A stretch of 64,000 nucleotides of DNA from the sequence record PP400785, one strand, 5' to 3'. The DNA is from Escherichia phage FL08. How positions within the stretch are numbered: the first letter of the stretch is position 1; each line of letters begins with the position of its first letter. Of this stretch, positions 19,336 to 29,934 are shown in pieces. The notes under the pieces are model-generated. The model saw only the letters and a list, made by a program, of their open reading frames with translations. It had not been told where the DNA came from and made no database searches. Both the position numbers and the translations under genes were made by a program.

Positions 19336-19712
19336 TAAATATCAAATTCATTAAGAACTACATCAAAGATTGCTTCAAGATGCTCAGGTTTAGCTCTGTT
19401 ACTCAGAATATGACGAATCCAAGTTTTAACCAAAAGCTTGCGATTATCACCATTCCAGCAAGGATGAGTCCCTAAATCGCGTTGACGAAAATCATCATCC
19501 AGAGCGATTTTAAAGTTGGAACCTTCCATTGTGATTGAAACCGTGATGCCATTTTCAAATCGCATATAAACGTAATTAGGAGTCATATACTGTTCAATTT
19601 CGCATACTGATCCATTTTGATGTTTCCAAAGGCAAATAGTATCAATAGAACCTGCAATACCATTAGAAACATATTTACGTTCAAAGTTGATGTAGTTCAT
19701 TTTATTCTCCAA
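19335..19712 (-). CDS. Hypothetical protein
   Basis: 125 aa; GGAG SD; early promoter candidate upstream at 19737-19764. Confidence 0.6.
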   Translation of the reverse strand: MENKMNYINFERKYVSNGIAGSIDTICLWKHQNGSVCEIEQYMTPNYVYMRFENGITVSITMEGSNFKIALDDDFRQRDLGTHPCWNGDNRKLLVKTWIRHILSNRAKPEHLEAIFDVVLNEFDI

Positions 19713-19736
19713 GATGTTTAATTGCGGTACAGGTAT

Positions 19737-19764
19737 ATAATATCATATCCTGTACCAAAGTAAA
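19737..19764 (-). promoter_or_regulatory. Early promoter candidate (TTTACT-N16-TATTAT) embedded in inverted repeat
   Basis: -35/-10 like elements on minus strand; 8-bp inverted repeat GGTACAGG/CCTGTACC flanks the -10. Confidence 0.4.
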
Positions 19765-19767
19765 CAA

Positions 19768-20100
19768 TTATTTTACTACTTTCCAGTGTTGCATGTCAAG
19801 TTTACCGACTTTTTTCATCTTCTCAATTAAGCGTTCGGCACGTTGGCGAGCTGTAACATAATGCCATTCGCCTAATTCATTTTGTTCAATTTTTCCAACG
19901 ATTACTGTATTCAATTCATAAATCCAACCAGTAAAGAAATTATGAACTTGAATTGTAAAGGTGAAATCTGTTCCCATACCTTCTGTTGTTTCTACTTCAA
20001 TAATATCACCTTCAACTGCCATTAAGAACCACATAGTTTCATCATATTTACCATTGAAGCATTTAGTTTTAACTGCAGCGTTCAGATTAATCGTTTTCAT
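19768..20100 (-). CDS. Hypothetical protein
   Basis: 110 aa; AGGAG SD; early promoter upstream at 20128-20156. Confidence 0.6.
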   Translation of the reverse strand: MKTINLNAAVKTKCFNGKYDETMWFLMAVEGDIIEVETTEGMGTDFTFTIQVHNFFTGWIYELNTVIVGKIEQNELGEWHYVTARQRAERLIEKMKKVGKLDMQHWKVVK

Positions 20101-20127
20101 TTTATTCTCCTTTGTTTGTGTAAAATA

Positions 20128-20156
20128 ATACTATCACAAAGGAACCATACTGTAAA
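20128..20156 (-). promoter_or_regulatory. Early promoter (TTTACA-N17-TAGTAT)
   Basis: Immediately downstream of the minus-strand terminator at 20176-20205 and upstream of the ORF starting at 20100. Confidence 0.55.
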
Positions 20157-20175
20157 CAACTTTGTGCAATCTTTG

Positions 20176-20205
20176 GAAAATAAAAAAGGACTCCCGAAGG
20201 AGTCC
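20176..20205 (-). terminator. Intrinsic terminator after the 30.9-like gene
   Basis: GGACTCC-TTCG-GGAGTCC followed by TTTTTTATTTT on minus strand. Confidence 0.7.
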
Positions 20206-20210
20206 TCAAC

Positions 20211-20387
20211 TTATGCTTTCTGCTTACCAAAACGAGAAGCATCATCTCGAAGAACCGCACGTGCTCGGCGCATGATCTTCTCAACAGTTTGATTGATACG
20301 AGAGTTCGACCCACGCTTGTAGCCAGCGCGTTTAGAATCACCAACTTTCTTTTCAACTGCTTTCTTTGCTTTAACTTGTTTTGCCAT
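20211..20387 (-). CDS. Small basic protein (30.9 position)
   Basis: 58 aa from MAKQVKAKKAVEKK (track ORF 72 aa trimmed to the internal ATG); Lys/Arg-rich; followed by minus-strand terminator. Confidence 0.55.
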   Translation of the reverse strand: MAKQVKAKKAVEKKVGDSKRAGYKRGSNSRINQTVEKIMRRARAVLRDDASRFGKQKA

Positions 20388-20551
20388 TATAAATTCTCTT
20401 TTAAATGAAAATGCAGGACTTATTGGCATTGCCTGCGCAAGCCCTCAAGGGGAACATAGGTTTTTGGGTATTTAACGACCAGGATAACCATAAACCCGTC
20501 ATCATTCACATTCAAGAGGTACACCATAAAACTGCCGGGGTCTTAAAACTA

Positions 20552-20571
20552 TAATGATTCGCAAATCATTA
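20552..20571 (-). terminator. Hairpin downstream of rIII (possible terminator)
   Basis: TAATGATT-TGCG-AATCATTA followed by UAGUUUU on minus strand. Confidence 0.35.
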
Positions 20572-20632
20572 ATCAGACAGTTCGATGGCTCCTCGATTTT
20601 AGCTCACACTAAGGCAGTGAATCTCCAATAAA

Positions 20633-20881
20633 TTACTTCAATGTTACCACAAAGTGACGAACTGCTTTTCGCGCAGCAGAAGCCAGAGGCTTAGCATACT
20701 TAAGTTCATCTTTTTCCTGAAGCTCAGCAGCTAATGCAGTTTGAGCAGGATTCAAATGTTTGAAATAACGCAGGATTTCAAGAGCTTCGGCTTCAACATC
20801 AATAGATGCGCCATAGTTTTCGTGACCATTATTCCATGCGTTTCGTTGCAGTTCAAGAGCGTGTTGTAATTGTTTAATCAT
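20633..20881 (-). CDS. rIII: rIII lysis inhibition accessory protein
   Basis: 82 aa; length and sequence match T4 RIII as I recall it; synteny between 30.x and 31. Confidence 0.85.
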   Translation of the reverse strand: MIKQLQHALELQRNAWNNGHENYGASIDVEAEALEILRYFKHLNPAQTALAAELQEKDELKYAKPLASAARKAVRHFVVTLK

Positions 20882-20962
20882 TTAAAAATTCTCGTTAGAG
20901 ATTAAAACTCGGTAGTCACGTTCTTCTGAATTTCATCTTCTTTCGACAGATCTCTCAGTTGT

Positions 20963-20991
20963 AGACTACCACGTAGAATTGTTCGGTTAAC
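20963..20991 (-). promoter_or_regulatory. Early promoter candidate upstream of rIII (GTTAAC-N17-TAGTCT)
   Basis: Weak match to the early promoter pattern seen elsewhere in the window. Confidence 0.35.
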
Positions 20992-21020
20992 TTATTATTC
21001 CGACACCCAATTCATATTAT

Positions 21021-21028
21021 TATTTATA
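21021..21028 (-). promoter_or_regulatory. Late promoter TATAAATA upstream of rIII
   Basis: Exact TATAAATA on minus strand in the 31-rIII intergenic region. Confidence 0.5.
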
Positions 21029-21364
21029 TCACTTATAAAGACACGGAATAGCTTTATAGTGACAAGTAACGAATTTTTGTTTAATTTCTTTTGGCTGCTT
21101 AAGACCCAGAGCTACAAAAGGATGCGGAACATTTCGAATTTGACCAACTGGAAGAGAAGTCAAATCACCGACTTCGCAGAAACCTTCAGGAACATCAGGA
21201 CCAACAGAGTGAACTACACACAGTTCAGGAACTTCACCTTGGACACGTTTACCAATAATAAGTCCTGATTCTGTAACTTCTTCATCACCGGCTTGCGCAG
21301 GTTCAGAAACTAAAATAACATATTCACCGACAGCACGAATTGGTAGCTGTTGTACTTCAGACAT
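21029..21364 (-). CDS. 31: gp31 co-chaperonin (GroES analogue)
   Basis: 111 aa; sequence [19 protein letters not shown] matches T4 gp31; MotA-box middle promoter upstream. Confidence 0.92.
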
Positions 21365-21394
21365 CGTTTTTCCTTTTTGTTAACAGATGAATTA

Positions 21395-21421
21395 ATAATA
21401 ACAAATAATTCTTAAAGCATT
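21395..21421 (-). promoter_or_regulatory. MotA-dependent middle promoter upstream of gene 31
   Basis: Minus strand AATGCTTTA (MotA box) - 12 nt - TATTAT. Confidence 0.6.
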
Positions 21422-21729
21422 TATTTACCAATAAATTGGAGTAAATGCTCAACTTTCATACCATTAACAGAAATCAATTTGTCAATAGAAAAACCTCGCC
21501 ATGCACCGAGTTCAACATCAAATATCGGAATCATATCAGTAGATTCTTTCCGAGTAGATTCAGTCAATTTACCGGTTTGCATAGTTGGCATAAAGTCAGC
21601 ATCACGAGTGCCTTTCATAGTACGAATAGTACCATCAGACTTTTCAAAAACCACGTTTGAAATACCCATGGACAATTTAGTTTTCAAAATTTCACGAATT
21701 GCTACTTTCTGTTCAGTTGTCAATTTCAT
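21421..21729 (-). CDS. Hypothetical protein (31.1 position)
   Basis: 102 aa; operon context. Confidence 0.6.
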   Translation of the reverse strand: MKLTTEQKVAIREILKTKLSMGISNVVFEKSDGTIRTMKGTRDADFMPTMQTGKLTESTRKESTDMIPIFDVELGAWRGFSIDKLISVNGMKVEHLLQFIGK

Positions 21730-21966
21730 TTATTTACCTATTACAGTTTTAATATGGGTTGTTCCACGTTCTTTAAGAGTGGAAAGCAATTTTTGGCATT
21801 TTTCTAAATCAGATTTCCAACTATACGGTCTATCAATACAAACCCATTCTGACTTATAATACTGCTTCCATTTAGAGAAAAAATATTTCTTATACTCTAC
21901 AGCAAATGAAATGTTCTCGTTAGAATAAGAACTAATTGCTGTGAGCTGTACCAAACGAAATTTCAT
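21730..21966 (-). CDS. Hypothetical protein (31.2 position)
   Basis: 78 aa; abuts cd. Confidence 0.55.
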   Translation of the reverse strand: MKFRLVQLTAISSYSNENISFAVEYKKYFFSKWKQYYKSEWVCIDRPYSWKSDLEKCQKLLSTLKERGTTHIKTVIGK

Positions 21967-22547
21967 TATTCACCACAGAATTCGTTGATATTTTCCCAAT
22001 TTAACTTATTTAAGTTTTTCTTAGGAACATTAAACACTTCAATACCCGCATTTCGCAGAATATCATCCCAGCCAGGTTTATTTTTATCGTATGTTTCGCA
22101 ATAAACCAACTTTTTAATTCCAGATTGAGCTATCGCTTTTGCACAATCTGGGCAAGGAGAAAGTGTTACATACATAGTAGCACCTTCAATTGAAGAACCA
22201 TTTCGCGCAGCAAACAAAATCGCATTTAGTTCAGCATGAATTTCATTTTTAGACGACCATTCAGAGTGAGCGCTACGGTGTTCTTTCGCCAAGACAAAGC
22301 GATCAGTTGAACCAAATGATACGCATTCAGGCTTATGGCCTTGAATGATAGTGTGTTTAGGCTTATTCAACAACCAACCTTGCTCAGCAGCATAATCACA
22401 ACAGTTCACACCTCCTGCGGGTGAACCATTATATCCGGTAGAAATAATACGTCCATTCTTTTCAATTACTGCTCCTACCTTCCAGGAGCAACATTTTGAT
22501 TCTTGTGATACTAAATATGCAATTTGAAGTACTGTACTCGCTTTCAT
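21966..22547 (-). CDS. cd: dCMP deaminase
   Basis: 193 aa; zinc-binding HAE and PCPDC motifs of cytidine/dCMP deaminases; T4 Cd length. Confidence 0.92.
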   Translation of the reverse strand: MKASTVLQIAYLVSQESKCCSWKVGAVIEKNGRIISTGYNGSPAGGVNCCDYAAEQGWLLNKPKHTIIQGHKPECVSFGSTDRFVLAKEHRSAHSEWSSKNEIHAELNAILFAARNGSSIEGATMYVTLSPCPDCAKAIAQSGIKKLVYCETYDKNKPGWDDILRNAGIEVFNVPKKNLNKLNWENINEFCGE

Positions 22548-22882
22548 TTCATAATCACCAGATAAGCAGATTTAGCAGTTTCAACACGATAAATTTCGTG
22601 ACGAAGTTTAGTTATACTTTTAATAACAGAACTAATTATATTCTGCCCATCTTTAAAGCGGTTTTTCTTATCAATAAAAATTGCACCAGCCATCTTTTTG
22701 TGAAGCTCAACTGGATACTTCGTCACAATAATAGCATCATACACAGAAGGATGAATACTATTCACTAGAGTGTCATTCATTAAAGTTATTCTAATGAACT
22801 GTGCTGTGTCAGAGTCAAGCGCTCTATGATCGCCAGTATCATTTTCAAGACAATTATCAATTATATCAGTTAAATTCATCAT
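22544..22882 (-). CDS. Hypothetical protein (cd.1 position)
   Basis: 112 aa; ATGA overlaps. Confidence 0.6.
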   Translation of the reverse strand: MMNLTDIIDNCLENDTGDHRALDSDTAQFIRITLMNDTLVNSIHPSVYDAIIVTKYPVELHKKMAGAIFIDKKNRFKDGQNIISSVIKSITKLRHEIYRVETAKSAYLVIMK

Positions 22883-23115
22883 AGTACGCCATACACCCTT
22901 TGTGCTTCAACTAATCCATCAAAATCCAATTTGAGATGTGTTATTTGGTCACCATCACCTGGATTCACAATTACTAATACTGAACGAGGAGTTTCGGTAA
23001 TAACACGAACCGATGTTTCAGGAAATCGTTCAGAAACCTTATTTACCAATTCCTGAGCAAATAGTTTAACTTTTTCTTGGAATTCTTTAACAGTAATTGG
23101 TTTTTCACTTAGCAT
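22879..23115 (-). CDS. Hypothetical protein (cd.2 position)
   Basis: 78 aa; early promoter with inverted repeat upstream at 23137-23174. Confidence 0.6.
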   Translation of the reverse strand: MLSEKPITVKEFQEKVKLFAQELVNKVSERFPETSVRVITETPRSVLVIVNPGDGDQITHLKLDFDGLVEAQRVYGVL

Positions 23116-23136
23116 TTCAATTTCCTCATTTGTTTT

Positions 23137-23174
23137 GGTAGAGCTATAATATCACAACTCTACCAAAAAGTAAA
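23137..23174 (-). promoter_or_regulatory. Early promoter (TTTACT-N17-TATTAT) with inverted repeat GGTAGAG/CTCTACC around the -10
   Basis: Promoter-early-stem-loop-like element upstream of ORF starting at 23115. Confidence 0.55.
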
Positions 23175-23177
23175 CTA

Positions 23178-23459
23178 TTAAATTGCCTTGAATTCTGATG
23201 TCTGTGATTCAAAGCGAATATCGCCTTTGATGACTAGCTCAGCATCAAGACCAAATACGACAATGATATGCGCGGAACCCGGATACAGCGTAATTGCAAT
23301 AGAATCCACCTGGTCTGGAAGCAAAGTATTCAATACATGAGTCACTTGAGCATGAATTCGAAGCTCGGCTGCGTTATCAAGCTTTTCAAACATATTATTA
23401 GCGATAATTTGACTAAACACTACTTCTACGATTTTAGAATAAGTCGGAAACATATTCAC
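23178..23459 (-). CDS. Hypothetical protein
   Basis: 93 aa. Confidence 0.55.
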   Translation of the reverse strand: MNMFPTYSKIVEVVFSQIIANNMFEKLDNAAELRIHAQVTHVLNTLLPDQVDSIAITLYPGSAHIIVVFGLDAELVIKGDIRFESQTSEFKAI

Positions 23460-23648
23460 CTCACATAATTTTCTTCAAGCCAATTAATAACATCCAACGC
23501 ATTATCAAAAGTTGAACCATCTACTATTTCTTCTGTTTCATAATCAAGAATATCTAAGTCTACTCTTCCATCAACAATAGGCCATAAACAAAATAGATAT
23601 TTCTTTTCTTTTTCAATTTTATCACAAAGTCGATAAATCTTTTCTATG

Positions 23649-23656
<8 letters not shown>
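23456..23656 (-). CDS. Hypothetical protein
   Basis: 66 aa; overlaps neighbours by 4 nt. Confidence 0.55.
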
Positions 23657-25067
<1,411 letters not shown>

Positions 25068-25071
<4 letters not shown>

Positions 25072-25298
25072 TTATTTTTCTCAACTAATGATTGAATATA
25101 ATCATGCAGATCTTTAGACGCCTTAGCCCAATTATTTTGATATTCATTTTTAAGATTAGCACGTGATTGAGCTAATAAAACATCATTAGTTGGAGGTAAA
25201 GATTCTAACCGCTGAATCTGGCGTCCGTAAATCATTGCAGCCATCTCGGATTCATAAATCAATCCTTTGAGATGTTCAAATTGATGCCATGAAATCAT
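25068..25298 (-). CDS. Hypothetical protein (pseT.2 position)
   Basis: 76 aa. Confidence 0.55.
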
Positions 25299-25594
25299 TT
25301 ACATTTATCCTCTTTTAACTCTTGACGATAATAACATATCATAGTTTTTTGATCATGTACATATCGTTTTACATCATTAAGCCAAATACGAAATTCCTGG
25401 GAATCTTCAAATGGCATACCGACCCAAGCTTTACCATCAATAACTTTAACTTGCCAAGATAGTTTAGCTTCGTCATATGACTTTATTTGTACAGGCCAAT
25501 TAGGATGAACTGTTTCTTTCTTTACTTCTAGAGGCTTTGTCGAACAACCAACTAGAAGACCAATAGATAATATTACTGCTGATAGTTTAATCAT
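25295..25594 (-). CDS. Predicted lipoprotein (pseT.3 position)
   Basis: 99 aa; signal peptide with lipobox LVGC (MIKLSAVILSIGLLVGCSTKP). Confidence 0.65.
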   Translation of the reverse strand: MIKLSAVILSIGLLVGCSTKPLEVKKETVHPNWPVQIKSYDEAKLSWQVKVIDGKAWVGMPFEDSQEFRIWLNDVKRYVHDQKTMICYYRQELKEDKCK

Positions 25595-25944
25595 TTAGAA
25601 AGGTCCTGGATGTCTTCTGCGAACTTGTTGAAGGAGTTGTTGATTTGTTTTTCAACCAATCCTGGCTTACGAGCCACCACATCCGCCTTCTTTGCGTCTT
25701 TGCGCAGCTTTTCATTTTCACGCTCAATAGCAGCAATTGCCTCACGATTTTTATTATTCATCGCGTCAATATAATTATACTGAATTCGCAAATTATTTAA
25801 TGCTAAGGCGTTTTCATTGGCCGTTTTTGTAATTTCAGTAACTGATGTTTCTAATCTTTCTACCTTATTTTTTAAAATAATAGATGTTCCGCCTAATGCT
25901 ATTACAATTAATAGCAAACCTGCTGTAGTATTACTTAATTGCAT
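25591..25944 (-). CDS. Membrane-anchored coiled-coil protein
   Basis: 117 aa; N-terminal hydrophobic helix (LLLIVIALGGTSIIL) followed by charged coiled-coil-like segment. Confidence 0.6.
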   Translation of the reverse strand: MQLSNTTAGLLLIVIALGGTSIILKNKVERLETSVTEITKTANENALALNNLRIQYNYIDAMNNKNREAIAAIERENEKLRKDAKKADVVARKPGLVEKQINNSFNKFAEDIQDLSK

Positions 25945-26438
25945 AAAGTTTTAATAACCTCTACAATATCATCTTGAGAAAGACCGTTAATTAAAATATG
26001 ATGTTCAGCCGGAGATTTAGAAATTTTAAAGCATGCCTCAACATCTTCTGCCATATCCGATGCACTACGATTTGGATTACTAATTCCAAGACGATGCTTT
26101 CCAGTCAAAGGATTAACGATGATATAGCATTTACAGCTATTGATATGAACATTGGGCTGAGTCTGATTAATGAACACTTCGCACTCATACTTAGCGAGTT
26201 GATTTTCTAAAAAGACTTTCATCTCTTCAACCGCATCAGGAAGCATATCGCGGGCTTGCTCAAGACGACGATTTCGATATTCTTTAATGGTAGTTTTCCG
26301 CTTGACTTGCTTAGCTAAATCTTTCTTAAGATCGGTGATATATCCAACTCGACGATTTCCTTTGAATACAGAAATCCCATCTGTAGTATCACCGTATGCT
26401 TCAACGACCATCTCAGTAGTAATAAGCTGCAAATCCAT
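25935..26438 (-). CDS. alc: Alc transcription terminator for cytosine-containing DNA
   Basis: 167 aa; sequence MDLQLITTEMVVEAYGDTTDG matches T4 Alc; early promoter upstream. Confidence 0.9.
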   Translation of the reverse strand: MDLQLITTEMVVEAYGDTTDGISVFKGNRRVGYITDLKKDLAKQVKRKTTIKEYRNRRLEQARDMLPDAVEEMKVFLENQLAKYECEVFINQTQPNVHINSCKCYIIVNPLTGKHRLGISNPNRSASDMAEDVEACFKISKSPAEHHILINGLSQDDIVEVIKTLCN

Positions 26439-26469
26439 TATAAAGTCCTCATGTTATGTCAGTAAGATT

Positions 26470-26498
26470 ATTATAACACAACACGAGGGACTTGTAAA
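26470..26498 (-). promoter_or_regulatory. Early promoter (TTTACA-N17-TATAAT) upstream of alc
   Basis: Near-identical to the element at 11214-11242. Confidence 0.65.
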
Positions 26499-26502
26499 CA
26501 GC

Positions 26503-28090
<1,588 letters not shown>

Positions 28091-28120
28091 AATAAAATGG
28101 GCCTTGCGGCCCACTCCTTA
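28091..28120 (-). promoter_or_regulatory. denA translation initiation region: SD - GNRA hairpin - AUG
   Basis: Minus RNA: UAAGGAGU, then GGGCC-GCAA-GGCCC hairpin, then AUUUUAUU, then AUG; SD sits directly after the nrdB stop codon. Confidence 0.55.
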
Positions 28121-29296
28121 AAAGTATTTTTTAAAACTCATCATAACTTTATCATCAACATCATTATCAATCTGTGCAACAAGGTAAGATGACAGTTCTA
28201 CTTCTTGTGGCGCGGATTGAACATTATCAGAATTAAGATATTCACGAATCCAAGGATACGGATGTTTAACCGGAGCATCGGTAATTGGGCATGGAAGACC
28301 ACACTGTTTCATACGAGATACAGTTAAGTAATCAATAAAGCTCCACATGCTATTTGTATTTAATCCAGGAACATCGCCGTCTTTAAATAAATGAACTGCC
28401 CAATCTTTTTCTTGGCGGTTAACTTCCATGAAAATATCAACTGCTTCTTGTTCACACTCTTGAGCAATTTTAACCCATTCATCGCCATCAGTACCAGATT
28501 GAAGTTGACGAATAATATATTGGGTGCCTTTAAGGTGAAGCTGTTCATCGCGTGCAATGAACTTCATAATCTTGGCATTACCTTCCATGATTTCCATGTT
28601 TTTATGGAAGTTAAAGGTACATGCGAAAGATACATAAAAACGAATAGCTTCCAATGCGTTGATTACATGCAAACAGAGGTAAAGAGATTTCATTAGCTCA
28701 TGCTTCCAATATGTCTCATGCTCAATAGCATCTTCAATAACGTCTTCGTCTGCATTAATTTCTTTTTGGTATTCGATATCAGCTTTAGCGTTTTCCCAAT
28801 AACGAGTTTTAATCAGAACATCATCATAATAACGTCCAATGGATTCAGCACGTTTCATAATAGCTTCATCTAATACAATCTCATCAAATACCTTCGATGG
28901 ATCAGTATAAAGATTTCGCATGATATGTGTATATGAACGGCTGTGAATAGTTTCACTAAAAGTCCATGTAGCAACCCATGTATCAAGACTCGGGTCTGAA
29001 ATTAATGACATAAGTACAGCAGATGGCGCACGACCCTGAATGCTATCCAAAAGTGATTGATACTTCAGGTTATTAGTAAAAATATTTTGCTGATACTGAG
29101 GAAGCTTATTAAACTGTGCAGCATCCATCATTAAGTTTACTTCTTCAGGACGCCAAAAAAATGATAAAGATTTCTCAATAAGTTCTTCAAATACTCTATG
29201 TCGTTGAATATCATATCGAGCTAAACCCAATCCAGAACCAAAAAACATCGGCTCAGTCAAAATATTAACAGGGGATGTATTAAAAACTGTACTCAT
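28118..29296 (-). CDS. nrdB: Ribonucleotide reductase small subunit (class Ia)
   Basis: 392 aa uninterrupted; diiron-tyrosyl radical family sequence; no intron. Confidence 0.93.
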   Translation of the reverse strand: MSTVFNTSPVNILTEPMFFGSGLGLARYDIQRHRVFEELIEKSLSFFWRPEEVNLMMDAAQFNKLPQYQQNIFTNNLKYQSLLDSIQGRAPSAVLMSLISDPSLDTWVATWTFSETIHSRSYTHIMRNLYTDPSKVFDEIVLDEAIMKRAESIGRYYDDVLIKTRYWENAKADIEYQKEINADEDVIEDAIEHETYWKHELMKSLYLCLHVINALEAIRFYVSFACTFNFHKNMEIMEGNAKIMKFIARDEQLHLKGTQYIIRQLQSGTDGDEWVKIAQECEQEAVDIFMEVNRQEKDWAVHLFKDGDVPGLNTNSMWSFIDYLTVSRMKQCGLPCPITDAPVKHPYPWIREYLNSDNVQSAPQEVELSSYLVAQIDNDVDDKVMMSFKKYF

Positions 29297-29934
29297 TTAG
29301 AATCCTTAAATTTACATTTATCATAATGCCATCTTAAAGCATTGCCTTTATTAACTTTCTTGCCACAATGCGGACAAGGCGGATACTCTGTACCTTGCTT
29401 AGTTCTCAAAGAAATCAAATCACGGGTTTCTTTAGTATGAGGAACATCTCTTGTCGGAGAGATTGTACCATACATCGGATTAAGCACGCCGACTTTAGCA
29501 GCAGCTATATTCTTTTTAGCTTCTTCGGTTTTAGGTTTTCTCATGCGAGCTAAATGCTCTTTGGTAAATTTCCTTCCTTTAAGGGCTCTACTTATCTTTT
29601 CTCTGGTTTCCATAGAAACTTCACGTCCTGTAGCAGCTTCAGATAAACGTCGTCTACCTAATTCGTACAGTTGAGAAGAAATTTTATATGAGCGATTTTT
29701 ACCAGTCAAGCACATTAAACCAAAAGCTTTCTTTAATCCTGGAGTGTCATATATTTTACATAAAAGCCAATGAGCTATAAAATGCTCTCTACCTGTTAAT
29801 TCAACTAAATTTTCCTTATCATCAGAACCTCCCATACATTTAGGGATTATATGATGTGTCTCTTTATATTCTAGTAAAGATTCCCGAGCCTGAGCTCGGG
29901 AAATTAGGTCGTTATAGATTTTTTGATAATTCAT
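29293..29934 (-). CDS. mobE: HNH homing endonuclease (MobE-like, between nrdA and nrdB)
   Basis: 213 aa; HNH motif HHIIPKCMGGSDDKENLVELTGREHFIAH; C-terminal CPHCGKK zinc-finger-like; start overlaps nrdA stop (TAATG). Confidence 0.8.
   Translation of the reverse strand: MNYQKIYNDLISRAQARESLLEYKETHHIIPKCMGGSDDKENLVELTGREHFIAHWLLCKIYDTPGLKKAFGLMCLTGKNRSYKISSQLYELGRRRLSEAATGREVSMETREKISRALKGRKFTKEHLARMRKPKTEEAKKNIAAAKVGVLNPMYGTISPTRDVPHTKETRDLISLRTKQGTEYPPCPHCGKKVNKGNALRWHYDKCKFKDSK

Noticed and set aside
20102-20356. 84-aa minus-strand ORF overlapping the 30.9-like gene and the terminator
   Set aside because: Spans an intrinsic terminator hairpin and overlaps a better-supported basic-protein ORF in another frame.
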